In this document: piece by piece, positions 30,001 to 45,000 of the stretch
Layout of the letters: the number at the start of each line of letters is the position of its first letter
Numbering within the stretch: position 1 is the stretch's first letter
Assembly (NCBI GenBank): GCA_964016885.1
Contig: OZ024742.1
Span: 360,778,001 to 360,842,000, forward strand
DNA length: 64,000 nt
Reading direction: 5' to 3'
Source: Eledone cirrhosa
Taxonomy: Eukaryota
Translations under genes and position numbers: made by a program
Notes under the pieces: model-generated
The model's database searches: none
Told to the model about the DNA's origin: nothing
Seen by the model: the letters and a program-made list of their open reading frames with translations, nothing else

Positions 30001-33000
30001 GACTGTTATACCAGTGATTTTTATAGTAGAGACTGGTATAATAGTGACTGTTATAGTAGTGACTGTTATAGTAGAGACTGATATAGTAGAGACTGTTATA
30101 GTAGAGACTGTTATAGTAGAGACTGTTATAGTAGTGACTGTTATAGTAGAGACTGTTATAGTAGAGACTGGTATAATAGTGACTGTTATAGTAGTGACTG
30201 TTATAGTAGAGACTGGTATAATAGTGACTGTTATAGTAGAGACTGTTATAGTAGAGACTGGTATAATAGTGACTGTTATAGTAGTGACTGTTATAGTAGA
30301 GACTGGTATAATAGTGACTGTTATAGTAGAGACTGTTATAGTAGAGACTGGAATAATGGTGACTGTTATAGTAGAGACTGTTATAGTAGAGACTGGTATA
30401 ATAGTGACTGTTATAGTAGAGGACTGTTATAGTAGAGACTGGTATAATAGTGACTGTTATAGTAGTGACTGTTATAGTAGTGACTGTTATAGTAGAGACT
30501 GTTATAGTAGAGACTGTTATAGTAGTGACTGGTATAGTAGAGACTGTTATAGTAGAGACTGTTATAGTAGAGACTGTTATAGTAGTGACTGGTATAGTAG
30601 AGACTGTTATAGTAGAGACTGTTATAGTAGAGGCTGTTATAGTAGAGACTGTTATAGTAGTGAGTGGTATAGTAGAGACTGTTATAGTAGTGACTGTTAT
30701 AGTAGAGACTGTTATAGCAGTGACTGGTATAGTAGAGACTGGTATAGTAGTGACTGTTATAGTAGTGACTGTTATAGTAGAGACTGTATAATAGTGACTG
30801 TTATAGTAGTGACTGTTATAGTAGAGACTGTTATAGTAGAGACTGTTATAGTAGTGATTGTTATAGTAGTGACTGTTATAGTAGAGACTGGTATAATAGT
30901 GACTGTTATAGTAGAGACTGTTATAGTAGAGACTGGTATAAGTAGTGACTGTTATAGAAGAGACTGGTATAATAGTGACTGTTATAGTAGTGACTGTTAT
31001 AGTAGAGACTGGTATAATAGTGACTGTTATAGTAGAGACTGTTATAGTAGAGACTGGTATAGCAGTGACTGTTATGGCAGTGACTGTTATAGTAGAGACT
31101 GGTATAGTAGTGACTGTTATAGTAGTGACTGGTATAGTAGTGACTGGTATAGTAGTGACTGTTATAGTAGAAACTGGTATAGTAGTGACTGGTATAGTAG
31201 AGACTGTTATAGTAGAGGACTGGTATAGTAGAGACTGTTATAGTAGTGAATATTATAGTAGTGACTGTTATAGTAGTGACTTGTATAGTAGAGACTGTTA
31301 TAGTAGAGACTGCTATAGTAGTGACCGTTATAGTAGAGACTGTTATAGTAGTGACTGTTATAATAGAGACTGGTATAGTAGAGACTGTTATAGTAGAGAC
31401 TGTTATAGTAGTGACTGTTATAGTAGTGACTGTTATAGTAGAGACTGTTACAGTAGAGACTGGTATAGTAGAGACTGTTATAGCAGTGACTGTTATAGTA
31501 GAGACTGTTACAGTAGAGACTGGTATAGTAGAGACTGTTATAGTAGTGACTGTTATAGTAGAGACTGTTATAGTAGAGACTGTTATAGTAGAGACTGTTA
31601 TAGTAGAGACTGTTATAGTAGAGACTGTTATAGTAGTGACTGTTATAGTAGAGACTGTTATAGTAGAGACTGTTATAGTAGAGACTGTTATAGTAGAGAC
31701 TGTTATAGTAGTGACTGTTATAGTAGTGACTGTTATAGTAGAGACTGTTATAGTAGAGACTGTTATAGTAGAGACTGTTATAGTAGAGACTGTTATAGTA
31801 GAGACTGTTATAGTAGAGACTGGTATAGTAGAGACTGTTATAGTAGTGACTGTTATAGTAGAGACTGTTATAGTAGAGACTGTTATAGTAGTGACTGTTA
31901 TAGTAGAGACTGGTATAATAGTGACTGTTATAGTAGTGACTGTTATAGTAGAGACTGGTATAATAGTGACTGTTATAGTAGAGACTGTTATAGTAGAGAC
32001 TGGAATATAGTGACTGTTATAGTAGAGACTGGTATAATAGTGACTGTTATAGTAGAGACTTGTTATAGTAGAGACTGGTATAATAGTGACTGTTATAGTA
32101 GTGACTGTTATAGTAGTGACTGTTATAGTAGAGACTGTATAGTAGAGACTGTTATAGTAGTGACTGGTATAGTAGAGACTGTTATAGTAGTGACTGTTAT
32201 AGTAGAGACTGGTATAGTAGTGACTGGTATAGTAGAGACTGTTATAGTAGTGACTGGTATAGTAAGTGACTGGTATAATAGTGACTGTTATAGTAGTGAC
32301 TGTTATAGTAGTGACTGTTATAGTAGAGACTGTTATAGTAGAGGCTGTTATAGTAGAGACTGTTATAGTAGAGACTGTTATAGTAGTGACTGTTATAGTA
32401 GAGACTGTTATAGTAGAGACTGGTATAATAGTGACTGTTATAGTAGTGACTGTTATAGTAGAGACTGTTATAGTAGTGACTGTTATAGTAGAGACTGTTA
32501 TAGTAGAGACTGGTATAATAGTGACTGTTATAGTAGAGACTGGTATAGTAGTGACTGTTATAGAAGAGACTGGTATAATAGTGACTGTTATAGTAGTGAC
32601 TGTTATAGTAGAGACTGGTATAATAGTGACTGTTATAGTAGAGACTGGTATAGTAGAGACTGGTATAGTAGTGACTGTTATAGTAGAGACTGTTATACTA
32701 GAGACTGTTATAGTAGTGACTGGTATAGTAGTGACTGGTATAGTAGTGACTGTTATAGTAGAGACTGGTATAGTAGTGACTGTTATAGTAGAGACTGTTA
32801 TAGTAGAGACTGTTATAGTAGTGACTGGTATAGTAGTGACTGGTATAGTAGTGACTGTTATAGTAGAGACTGGTATAGTAGTGAATGTTATAGTAGAGAC
32901 TGTTATAGTAGTGACTCTTATAGTAGAGACTGTTATAGTAGTGACTGTTATAGTAGAGACTGTTATAGTAGAGACTGGTATAGTAGTGACTGGTATAGTA

Positions 33001-36000
33001 GTGACTGTTATAGTAGAGACTGTTATAGTAGAGACTGGTATAGTAGTGACTGGTATAGTAGTGACTGGTATAGTAGTGACTGTTATAGTAGAGACTGTTA
33101 TAGTAGAGACTGTTATAGTAGTGACTGGTATAATAGTGACTGTTATACCAGTGACTTTTATAGTAGAGACTGGTATAATAGTGACTGTTATAGTAGTGAC
33201 TGTTATAGTAGAGACTGTTATAGTAGAGACTGTTATAGTAGAGACTGTTATAGTAGTGACTGTTATAGTAGAGACTGTTATAGTAGTGACTGGTATAATA
33301 GTGACTGTTATAGTAGTGACTGTTATAGTAGAGACTGGTATAATAGTGACTGTTATAGTAGAGACTGTTATAGTAGAGACTGGTATAATAGTGACTGTTT
33401 ATAGTAGTGACTGTTATAGTAGAGACTGGTATAATAGTGACTGTTATAGTAGAGACTGTTATAGTAGAGACTGGAATAATAGTGACTGTTATAGTAGAGA
33501 CTGTTATAGTAGAGACTGGTATAATAGTGACTGTTATAGTAGAGACTGTTATAGTAGAGACTGGTATAATAGTGACTGTTATAGTAGTGACTGTTATAGT
33601 AGTGACTGTTATAGTAGAGACTGTTATAGTAGAGACTGTTATAGTAGTGACTGGTATAGTAGAGACTGTTATAGTAGTGACTGTTATAGTAGAGACTGGT
33701 ATAGTAGTGACTGGTATAGTAGAGACTGTTATAGTAGTGACTGGTATAGTAGTGACTGGTATAATAGTGACTGTTATAGTAGTGACTGTTATAGTAGTGA
33801 CTGTTATAGTAGAGACTGTTATAAGTAGAGACTGTTATAGTAGAGACTGTTATAGTAGAGACTGTTATAGTAGTGACTGTTATAGTAGAGACTGTTATAG
33901 TAGAGACTGGTATAATAGTGACTGTTATAGTAGTGACTGTTATAGTAGAGACTGTTATAGTAGTGACTGTTATAGTAGAGACTGGTATAGTAGTGACTGG
34001 TATAGTAGTGACTGTATAGTAGAGACAGGTATAGTAGTGACTGGTATAGTAGTGACTGTTATAGTAGTGACTGTTATAGTAGAGACTGTTATAGTAGTGA
34101 CTGGTATAGTAGTGACTGTTCTAGTAGAGACTGTTATAGTAGTGACTGGTATAGTAGTGACTGGTATAGTAGTGACTGGTATAGTAGTGACTGTTATAGT
34201 AGAGACTGTTATAGTAGAGACTGTTATAGTAGAGACTGGTATAGTAGAGACTGTTATAGTAGAGACTGGTATAGTAGAGACTGTATAGTAGTGACTGTTA
34301 TAGTAGAGACTGTTATAGTAGTGACTGGTATAGTAGTGACTGTTATAGTAGAGACTGGTATAGTAGTGACTGTTATAGTAGAGGCTGTTATAGTAGAGAC
34401 TGTTATAGTAGTGAGTGGTATAGTAGAGACTGGTATAGTAGAGACTGTTATAGTAGAGACTGTTATAGTAGAGACTGGTATAGTAGTGACTGGTATAGTA
34501 GAGACTGGTATAGTAGAGACTGGTATAGTAGTGACTGTTATAGTAGAGACTGTTATAGTAGAGACTGTTATAGTAGTGACTGGTATAGTAGTGACTGTTA
34601 TAGTAGAGACTGTATAGTAGTGACTGTTATAGTAGAGACTGTTATAGCAGTGACTGGTATAGTAGAGACTGGTTAGTAGTGACTGTTACAGTAGTGACTG
34701 TTATAGTAGAGACTGGTATAATAGTGACTGTTATAGTAGTGACTGTTATAGTAGAGACTGTTATAGTAGAGACTGTTATAGTAGTGATTGTTATAGTAGT
34801 GACTGTTATAGTAGAGACTGTTATAGAAGAGACTGGTATAATAGTGACTGTTATAGTAGAGACTGGTATAGTAGTGACTGTTATAGGAGAGCTGGTATAA
34901 TAGTGACTGTTATAGTAGAGACTGGTATAATAGTGACTGTTATAGTAGAGACTGTTATAGTAGAGACTGGCTATAGCAGTGACTGTTTATAGCAGTGACT
35001 GTTATAGTAGAGACTGGTATAGTAGTGACTGTTATAGTAGTGACTGGTATAGTAGTGACTGGTATAGTAGTGACTGTTATAGTAGAGACTGGTATAGTAG
35101 TGACTGGTATAGTAGAGACTGTTATAGTAGAGACTGGTATAGTAGAGACTGTTATAGTAGTGAATGTTATAGTAGTGACTGTTATAGTAGTGACTTGTAT
35201 AGTAGAGACTGTTATAGTAGAGGACTGGTATAGTAGTGACCGTTATAGTAGTGACTGTTATAGCAGTGACTGTTATAGTAGAGACTGTTATAGTAGTGAC
35301 TGTTATAGTAGTGACTGTTATAGTAGTGACTGTTATAGTAGAGACTGTTATAGTAGTGACTGTTATAGTAGTGACTGTATAGTAGAGACTGGTATAGTAG
35401 AGACTGGTATAGTAGAGACTGTTATAGTAGAGACTGTTATAGTAGAGACTGTTATAGTAGAGACTGGTATAGTAGAGACTGTTATAGTAGTGACTGTTAT
35501 AGTAGAGACTGTTATAGTAGAGACTGTTATAGTAGTGACTGTTATAGTAGTGACTGTTATAGTAGTGACTGGTATAGTAGAGACTGTTATAGTAGAGACT
35601 GTTATAGTAGAGACTGTTATAGTAGAGACTGTTATAGTAGAGACTGGTATAGTAGAGACTGTTATAGTAGTGACTGTTATAGTAGAGACTGTTATAGTAG
35701 AGACTGTTATAGTAGTGACTGGTATAGTAGAGACTGTTATAGTAGTGACTGTTATAGTAGAGACTGGTTATAGTAGTGACTGTTATAGTAGTGACTGTTA
35801 TAGTAGAGACTGTTATAGTAGAGACTGTTATAGTAGTGATTGTTATAGTAGTGACTGTTATAGTAGAGACTGTTATAGTAGAGACTGGTATAATAGTGAC
35901 TGTTATAGTAGAGACTGGTATAGTAGTGACTGTTATAGAAGAGACTGGTATAATAGTGACTGTTATAGTAGTGACTGTTATAGTAGAGACTGGTATAATA

Positions 36001-39000
36001 GTGACTGTTATAGTAGAGACTGTTATAGTAGAGACTGGTATAGCAGTGACTGTTATAGCAGTGACTGTTATAGTAGAGACTGGTATAGTAGTGACTGTTA
36101 TAGTAGTGACTGGTATAGTAGAGACTGGTACAGTAGAGACTGGTATATTAGTGACTGTTATAGTAGAGACTGTTATAGTAGAGACTGTTATAGTAGTGAC
36201 TGGTATAGTAGTGACTGTTATAGTAGAGACTGGTATAGTAGTGACTGTTATAGTAGAGGCTGTTATAGTAGAGACTGTTATAGTAGTGACTGGTTATAGT
36301 AGAGACTGGTATAGTAGAGACTGGTATAGTAGAGACTGTTATAGTAGAGACTGTTATAGTAGACTGTTATAGTAGAGACTGGTATAGTAGAGACTGTTAT
36401 AGTAGTGACTGTTATAGTAGAGACTGTTATAGTAGAGACTGTTATAGTAGTGACTGTTATAGTAGTGACTGTTATAGTAGTGACTGTTATAGTAGAGACT
36501 GTTATAGTAGAGACTGTTATAGTAGAGGACTGTTATAGTAGAGACTGTTATAGTAGAGACTGTTATAGAGACTGTTATAGTAGTGACTGTTATAGTAGAG
36601 ACTGTTATAGTAGAGACTGTTATAGTAGTGACTGGTATAGTAGAGACTGTTATAGTAGTGACTGTTATAGTAGAGACTGGTATAGTAGTGACTGTTAAGT
36701 AGTGACTGTTATAGTAGAGACTGTTATAGTAGAGACTGTTATAGTAGTGATTGTTATAGTAGTGACTGTTATAGTAGAGACTGTTATAGTAGAGACTGGT
36801 ATAATAGTGACTGTTATAGTAGAGACTGTATAGTAGTGACTGTTATAGAAGAGACTGGTATAATAGTGACTGTTATAGTAGTGACTGTTATAGTAGAGAC
36901 TGGTATAATAGTGACTGTTATAGTAGAGACTGTTATAGTAGAGACTGGTATAGCAGTGACTGTTATAGTCAGTGACTGTTATAGTAGAGACTGGTATAGT
37001 AGTGACTGTTATAGTAGTGACTGTTATAGTAGAGACTGGTACAGTAGAGACTGGTATATTAGTGACTGTTATAGTAGAGACTGTTATAGTAGAGACTGTT
37101 ATAGTAGTGACTGGTATAGTAGTGACTGTTATAGTAGAGACTGGTATAGTAGTGACTGTTATAGTAGAGGCTGTTATAGTAGAGACTGTTATAGTAGTGA
37201 GTGGTATAGTAGAGACTGTTATAGTAGTGACTGTTATAGTAGAGACTGTTATAGTAGAGACTGTTATAGTAGTGATTGTTATAGTAGTGACTGTTATAGT
37301 AGAGACTGTTATAGTAGAGACTGGTATAGTAGTGACTGGTATAGTAGTGACTGTTATAGAAGAGACTGGTATATTAGTGACTGTTATAGTAGTGACTGTT
37401 ATAGTAGAGACTGGTATAAGTAGAGACTGTTATAGTAGAGACTGTTATAGTAGTGACTGGTATAGTAGTGACTGTTATAGTAGTGACTGTTATAGTAGAG
37501 ACTGGTATAGTAGTGACTGTTATAGTAGTGACTGGTATAGTAGTGACTGTTATAGTAGAGACTGTTATAGTAGAGACTGGTATAGTAGTGACTGGTATAG
37601 TAGAGACTGTTATAGTAGAGACTGGTATAGTAGTGACTGTTATAGTAGTGACTGTTATAGTAGTGACTGTTATAAGTAGTGACTGGTATAGTAGAGACTG
37701 TTATAGTAGTGACCTGTTATAGTAGAGACTGTTATAGTAGTGACTGTTATAGTAGAGACTGGTATAGTAGAGACTGTTATAGTAGAGACTGTATAGTAGT
37801 GACTGTTATAGTAGTGACTGTTATAGTAGAGACTGGTATAGTAGAGACTGGTATAGTAGTGACTGTTATAGTAGAGACTGTTATAGTAGAGACTGGTATA
37901 GTAGAGACTGTTATAGTAGTGACTGTTATAGTAGTGACTGTTATAGTAGTGACTGTTATAGTAGAGACTGTTATAGTAGAGACTGGTATAGTAGTGACTG
38001 TTATAGTAGTGACTGGTATAGTAGTGACTGTTATAGCAGTGACTGTTATAGTAGAGACTGTTATAGTAGAGACTGTTATAGTAGAGACTGTTATAGTAGT
38101 GACTGGTATAGTAGAGGACTGTTATAGTAGTGACTGGTATAGTAGTGACTGTTATAGTAGTGACTGTTATAGTAGAGACTGTTATAGTAGAGAATGTTAT
38201 AGTAGAGACTGGTATAGTAGAGACTGTTATAGTAGAGACTGGTATAGTAGAGACTGTTATAGTAGTGACTGTTATAGTAGAGACTGTTATAGTAGAGACT
38301 GTTATAGTAGAGACTGTTATAGTAGAGACTGTTATAGTAGAGACTGTTATAGTAGTGACTGTTATAGTAAAGACTGTTATAGTAGAGACTGTTATAGTAG
38401 AGACTGTTATAGTAGAGACTGTTATAGTAGAGACTGTTATAGTAGAGACTGGTATAGTAGAGACTGTTATAGTAGTGACTGTTATAGTAGAGACTGTTAT
38501 AGTAGAGACTGTTATAGTAGTGACTGGTATAGTAGAGACTGTTATAGTAGTGACTGTTATAGTAGAGACTGGTATAGTAGTGACTGTTATAGTAGAGACT
38601 GTTATAGTAGTGATTGTTATAGTAGTGACTGTTATAGTAGTGACTGTTATAGTAGAGGACTGGTATAATAGTGACTGTTATAGTAGAGACTGTTATAGTA
38701 GAGACTGGTATAGTAGAGACTGTTATAGCAGTGACTGTTATAGTAGTGACTGTTATAGTAGTGACTGGTATAGTAGAGACTGTTATAGTAGAGACTGGTA
38801 TAGTAGAGACTGTTATAGTAGAGACTGTTATAGTAGTGACTTTTATAGTAGAGACTGGTATAATAGTGACTGTTATAGTAGTGACTGTTATAGTAGAGAC
38901 TGTTATAGTAGTGACTGTTATAGTAGAGACTGTTATAGTAGAGACTGGTATAATAGTGACTGTTATAGTAGTGACTGTTATAGTAGAGACTGGTATAATA

Positions 39001-42000
39001 GTGACTGTTATAGTAGTGACTGTTATAGTAGAGACTGTTATAGTAGAGACTGTTATAGTAGTGACTGGTATAGTAGAGACTGTTATAGTAGTGACTGTTA
39101 TAGTAGAGACTGGTATAGTAGTGACTGTTATAGTAGTGACTGTTATAGTAGAGACTGTTATAGTAGAGACTGTTATAGTAGTGATTGTTATAGTAGTGAC
39201 TGTTATAGTAGAGACTGTTATAGTAGAGACTGGTATAATAGTGACTGTTATAGTAGAGACTGGTATAGTAGTGACTGTTATAGAAGAGACTGGTATAATA
39301 GTGACTGTTATAGTAGTGACTGTTATAGTAGAGACTGGTATAATAGTGACTGTTATAGTAGAGACTGTTATAGTAGAGACTGGTATAGCAGTGACTGTTA
39401 TAGCAGTGACTGTTATAGTAGAGACTGGTATAGTAGTGACTGTTATAGTAGTGACTGGTATAGTAGAGACTGGTACAGTAGAGACTGGTATATTAGTGAC
39501 TGTTATAGTAGAGACTGTTATAGTAGAGACTGTTATAGTAGTGACTGGTATAGTAGTGACTGTTATAGTAGAGACTGGTATAGTAGTGACTGTTATAGTA
39601 GAGGCTGTTATAGTAGAGACTGTTATAGTAGTGAGTGGTATAGTAGAGACTGTTATAGTAGTGACTGTTATAGTAGAGACTGTTATAGTAGAGACTGTTA
39701 TAGTAGTGATTGTTATAGTAGTGACTGTTATATAGAGACTGTTATAGTAGAGACTGGTATAATAGTGACTGGTATAGTAGTGACTGTTATAGAAGAGACT
39801 GGTATAATAGTGACTGTTATAGTAGTGACTGTTATAGTAGAGACTGGTATAATAGTGACTGTTATAGTAGAGACTGTTATAGTAGAGACTGGTATAGCAG
39901 TGACTGTTATAGCAGTGACTGTTATAGTAGAGACTGGTATAGTAGTGACTGTTATAGTAGTGACTGGTATAGTAGTGACTGGTATAGTAGTGACTGTTAT
40001 AGTAGAGACTGGTATAGTAGTGACTGGTATAGTAGAGACTGTTATAGTAGAGACTGGTATAGTAGAGACTGTTATAGTAGTGAATGTTATAGTAGTGACT
40101 GTTATAGTAGTGACTTGTATAGTAGAGACTGGTATAGTAGTGACCGTTATAGTAGAGACTGTTATAGTAGTGACTGTTATAGTAGAGACTGGTATAGTAG
40201 AGACTGTTATAGTAGAGACTGTAATAGTAGTGACTGTTATAGTAGTGACTGTTATAGTAGAGACTGGTATGGTAGAGACTGTTATAGCAGTGACTGTTAT
40301 AGTAGAGACTGTTACAGTAGAGACTGGTATAGTAGAGACTGGTATAGTAGAGACTGTTATAGTAGTGAATGTTATAGTAGTGACTGTTATAGTAGAGACT
40401 GTTATAGTAGTGACTGGTATAGTAGTGACTGTTATAGTAGTGACTGGTATAGTAGTGACTGTTATAGCAGTGACTGTTATAGTAGAGTCTGTTATAGTAG
40501 AGACTGTTATAGTAGAGACTGTTATAGTAGTGACTGGTATAGTAGAGACTGTTATAGTAGTGACTGGTATAGTAGTGACTGTTATAGTAGTGACTGTTAT
40601 AGTAGAGACTGTTATAGTAGAGATTGTTATAGTAGAGACTGGTATAGTAGAGACTGTTATAGTAGAGACTGGTATAGTAGAGACTGTTATAGTAGTGACT
40701 GTTATAGTAGAGACTGTTATAGTAGAGACTGTTATAGTAGAGACTGTTATAGTAGAGACTGTTATAGTAGAGACTGTTATAGTAGTGACTGTTATAGTAA
40801 AGACTGTTATAGTAGAGACTGTTATAGTAGAGACTGTTATAGTAGAGACTGTTATAGTAGAGACTGTTATAGTAGAGACTGGTATAGTAGAGACTGTTAT
40901 AGTAGTGACTGTTATAGTAGAGACTGTTATAGTAGAGACTGTTATAGTAGTGACTGGTATAGTAGAGACTGTTATAGTAGTGACTGTTATAGTAGAGACT
41001 GGTATAGTAGTGACTGTTATATTAGAGACTGTTATAGTAGTGATTGTTATAGTAGTGACTGTTATAGTAGTGACTGTTATAGTAGAGACTGGTATAATAG
41101 TGACTGTTATAGTAGAGACTGTTATAGTAGAGACTGGTATAGTAGAGACTGTTATAGCAGTGACTGTTATAGTAGTGACTGTTATAGTAGTGACTGGTAT
41201 AGTAGAGACTGTTATAGTAGAGACTGGTATAGTAGAGACTGTTATAGTAGAGACTGTTATAGTAGTGACTTTTATAGTAGAGACTGGTATAATAGTGACT
41301 GTTATAGTAGTGACTGTTATAGTAGAGACTGTTATAGTAGTGACTGTTATAGTAGAGACTGTTATAGTAGAGACTGGTATAATAGTGACTGTTATAGTAG
41401 TGACTGTTATAGTAGAGACTGGTATAATAGTGACTGTTATAGTAGAGACTGTTATAGTAGAGACTGGTATAATAGTGACTGTAATAGTAGTGACTGTTAT
41501 AGTAGAGGCTGGTATAATAGTGACTGTTATAGTAGAGACTGGAATAATAGTGACTGTTATAGTAGAGACTGGTATAATAGTGACTGTTATAGTAGAGACT
41601 GTTATAGTAGAGACTGGTATAATAGTGACTGTTATAGTAGTGACTGTTATAGTAGTGACTGTTATAGTAGTGACTGGTATAGTAGAGACTGTTATAGTAG
41701 TGACTGTTATAGTAGAGACTGGTATAGTAGTGACTGGTATAGTAGAGACTGTTATAGTAGTGACTGGTATAGTAGTGACTGGTATAGTAGTGACTGTTAT
41801 AGAAGAGACTGTTATAGTAGTGACTGTTATAGTAGTGACTGTTATAGTAGAGACTGTTATAGTAGAGACTGGTATAATAGTGACTGTTATTGTAGTGACT
41901 GTTATAGTAGAGACTGTTATAGTAGTGACTGTTATAGTAGAGACTGGTATAGTAGTGACTGGTATAGTAGTGACTGGTATAGTAGTGACTGTTATAGTAG

Positions 42001-45000
42001 TGACTGTTATAGTAGAGACTGTTATAGTAGTGACTGGTATAGTAGTGACTGTTCTAGTAGAGACTGTTATAGTAGTGACTTGTATAGTAGTGACTGGTAT
42101 AGTAGTGACTGGTATAGTAGTGACTGGTATAGTAGTGACTGTTATAGTAGAGACTGTTATAGTAGAGACTGTTATAGTAGAGACTGGTATATTAGTGACT
42201 CGTATAGTACAGATTGGTATAGTAGAGACTGGTATAGTAGTGACTGTTATAGTAGAGACTGTTATAGTAGAGACTGTTATAGTAGAGACTGGTATAGTAG
42301 TGACTGGTATAGTAGAGACTGGTATAGTAGAGACTGGTATAGTAGTGACTGTTATAGTAGAGACTGTTATAGTAGAGACTGTTATAGTAGTGACTCGTAT
42401 AGTAGTGACTGGTATAGTAGTGACTGGTATAGTAGTGACTGTTATAGTAGAGACTGTTATAGTAGAGACTGTTATAGTAGTGACTGGTATAGTAGTGACT
42501 GTTATACCAGTGACTTTTATAGTAGAGACTGGTATAATAGTGACTGTTATAATAGTGACTGTTATAGTAGAGACTGTTATAGTAGAGACCGTTATAGTAG
42601 TGACTGTTATAGTAGAGACTGGTATAATAGTGACTGTTATAGTAGTGACTGTTATAGTAGAGACTGGTATAATAGTGACTGTTATAGTAGAGACTGTTAT
42701 AGTAGAGACTGGTATAATAGTGACTGTTATAGTAGTGACTGTTATAGTAGAGACTGGTATAATAGTGACTGTTATAGTACAGACTGTTATAGTAGAGACT
42801 GGAATAATAGTGACTGTTATAGTAGAGACTGTTATAGTAGAGACTGGTATAATAGTGACTGTTATAGTAGAGACTGGTATAATAGTGACTGTTATAGTAG
42901 TGACTGTTATAGTAGAGACTGTTATAGTAGAGACTGTTATAGTAGTGACTGGTATAGTAGAGACTGTTATAGTAGTGACTGTTATAGTAGAGACTGGTAT
43001 AGTAGTGACTGGTATAGTAGTGACTGGTATAGTAGAGACTGTTATAGTAGTGACTGGTATAGTAGTGACTGGTATAGTAGTGACTGTTATAGTAGAGACT
43101 GTTATAGTAGAGACTGTTATAGTAGTGACTGTTATAGTAGTGACTGTTATAGTAGAGACTGGTATAATAGTGACTGGTATAGTAGTGACTGTTATAGTAG
43201 AGACTGTTATAGTAGTGACTGTTATAGTAGTGACTGGTATAGTAGTGACTGTTATAGTAGAGACTGTTATAGTAGTGACTGTTATAGTAGAGACTGGTAT
43301 AGTAGTGACTGGTATAGTAGTGACTGGTATAGTAGAGACTGGTATAGTAGTGACTGGTATAGTAGTGACTGTTGTAGTAGTGACTGTTATAGTAGAGACT
43401 GTTATAGTAGTGACTGGTATAGTAGTGACTGTTCTAGTAGAGACTGTTATAGTAGTGACTGTTATAGTAGTGACTGGTATAGTAGTGACTGGTATAGTAG
43501 AGACTGTTATAGTAGTGACTGGTATAGTATTGACTGTTATAGTAGTGACTGGTATAGTAGAGACTGGTATAGTAGAGACTGGTATAGTAGTGACTGTTAT
43601 ATTAGAGACTGTTATAGTAGAGACTGTTATAGTAGTGACTGGTATAGTAGTGACTGTTATAGTAGAGACTGGTATAGTAGTGACTGGTATAGTAGTGACT
43701 GTTATAGTAGAGACTGTTATAGTAGTGACTGTTATAGTAGAGACTGTTATAGTAGAGACTGTTATAGTAGTGACTGGTATAGTAGTGACTGGTATAGTAG
43801 TGACTGGTATAGTAGTGACTGGTATAGTAGAGACTGTTATAGTAGTGACTGGTATAGTAGTGACTGTTATAGTAGTGACTGTTATAGTAGTGACTGGTAT
43901 AGTAGTGACTGGTAAAGTAGTGACTGGTATAGTAGTGACTGTTATAGTAGAGACTGTTATAGTAGGGACTGGTATAGTAGAGACTGTTATAGTAGAGACT
44001 GGTATAGTAGTGAGTGTTATCGTAGTGACTGGTATAGTAGTGACTGTTATAGTAGAGACTGGTATAGTAGTGACTGTTATAGTAGAGGCTGTTATAGTAG
44101 AGACTGTTATAGTAGTGAGTGGTATAGTAGAGACTGTTATAGTAGTGACTGTTATAGTAGAGACTGTTATAGCAGTGACTGGTATAGTAGAGACTGGTAT
44201 AGTAGTGACTGTTATAGTAGTGACTGTTATAGTAGAGACTGGTATAATAGTGACTGTTATAGTAGTGACTGTTATAGTAGAGACTGTTATAGTAGTGATT
44301 GTTATAGTAGTGACTGTTATAGTAGAGACTGTTATAGTAGAGACTGGTATAATAGTGACTGTTATAGTAGAGACTGGTATAATAATGACTGTTATAGTAG
44401 TGACTGTTATAGTAGAGACTGGTATAATAGTGACTGTTATAGTAGAGACTGTTATAGTAGAGACTGGTATAGCAGTGACTGTTATAGCAGTGACTGTTAT
44501 AGTAGAGACTGGCATAGTAGTGACTGTTATAGTAGTGACTGGTATAGTAGTGACTGGTATAGTAGTGACTGTTATAGTAGAGACTGTTATAGTAGAGACT
44601 GTTATAGCAGTGACTGGTATAGTAGAGACTGTTATAGTAGAGACTGTTATAGTAGAGACTGTTATAGCAGTGACTGTTATAGTAGTGACTGTTATAGTTG
44701 AGACTGCTATAATTGTGACTGGTATAGTAGAGACTGTTATAGTAGAGACTGGTATAGTAGTGACTGTTATAGTAGTGACTGTTATAGTAGAGACTGTTAT
44801 AGTAGAGACTGGTATAGTAGAGACTGGTATAGTAGTAACTGGTATAGTAGAGACTGTTATAGTAGAGACTGGTATAGTAGAGACTGTTATAGTAGAGACT
44901 GTTATAGCAGTGACTGTTATAGTAGAGACTGTTATAGTAGAGACTGGTATAGTAGTGACTGTTATAGTAGTGACTGTTATAGTAGAGACTGTTATAGTAG

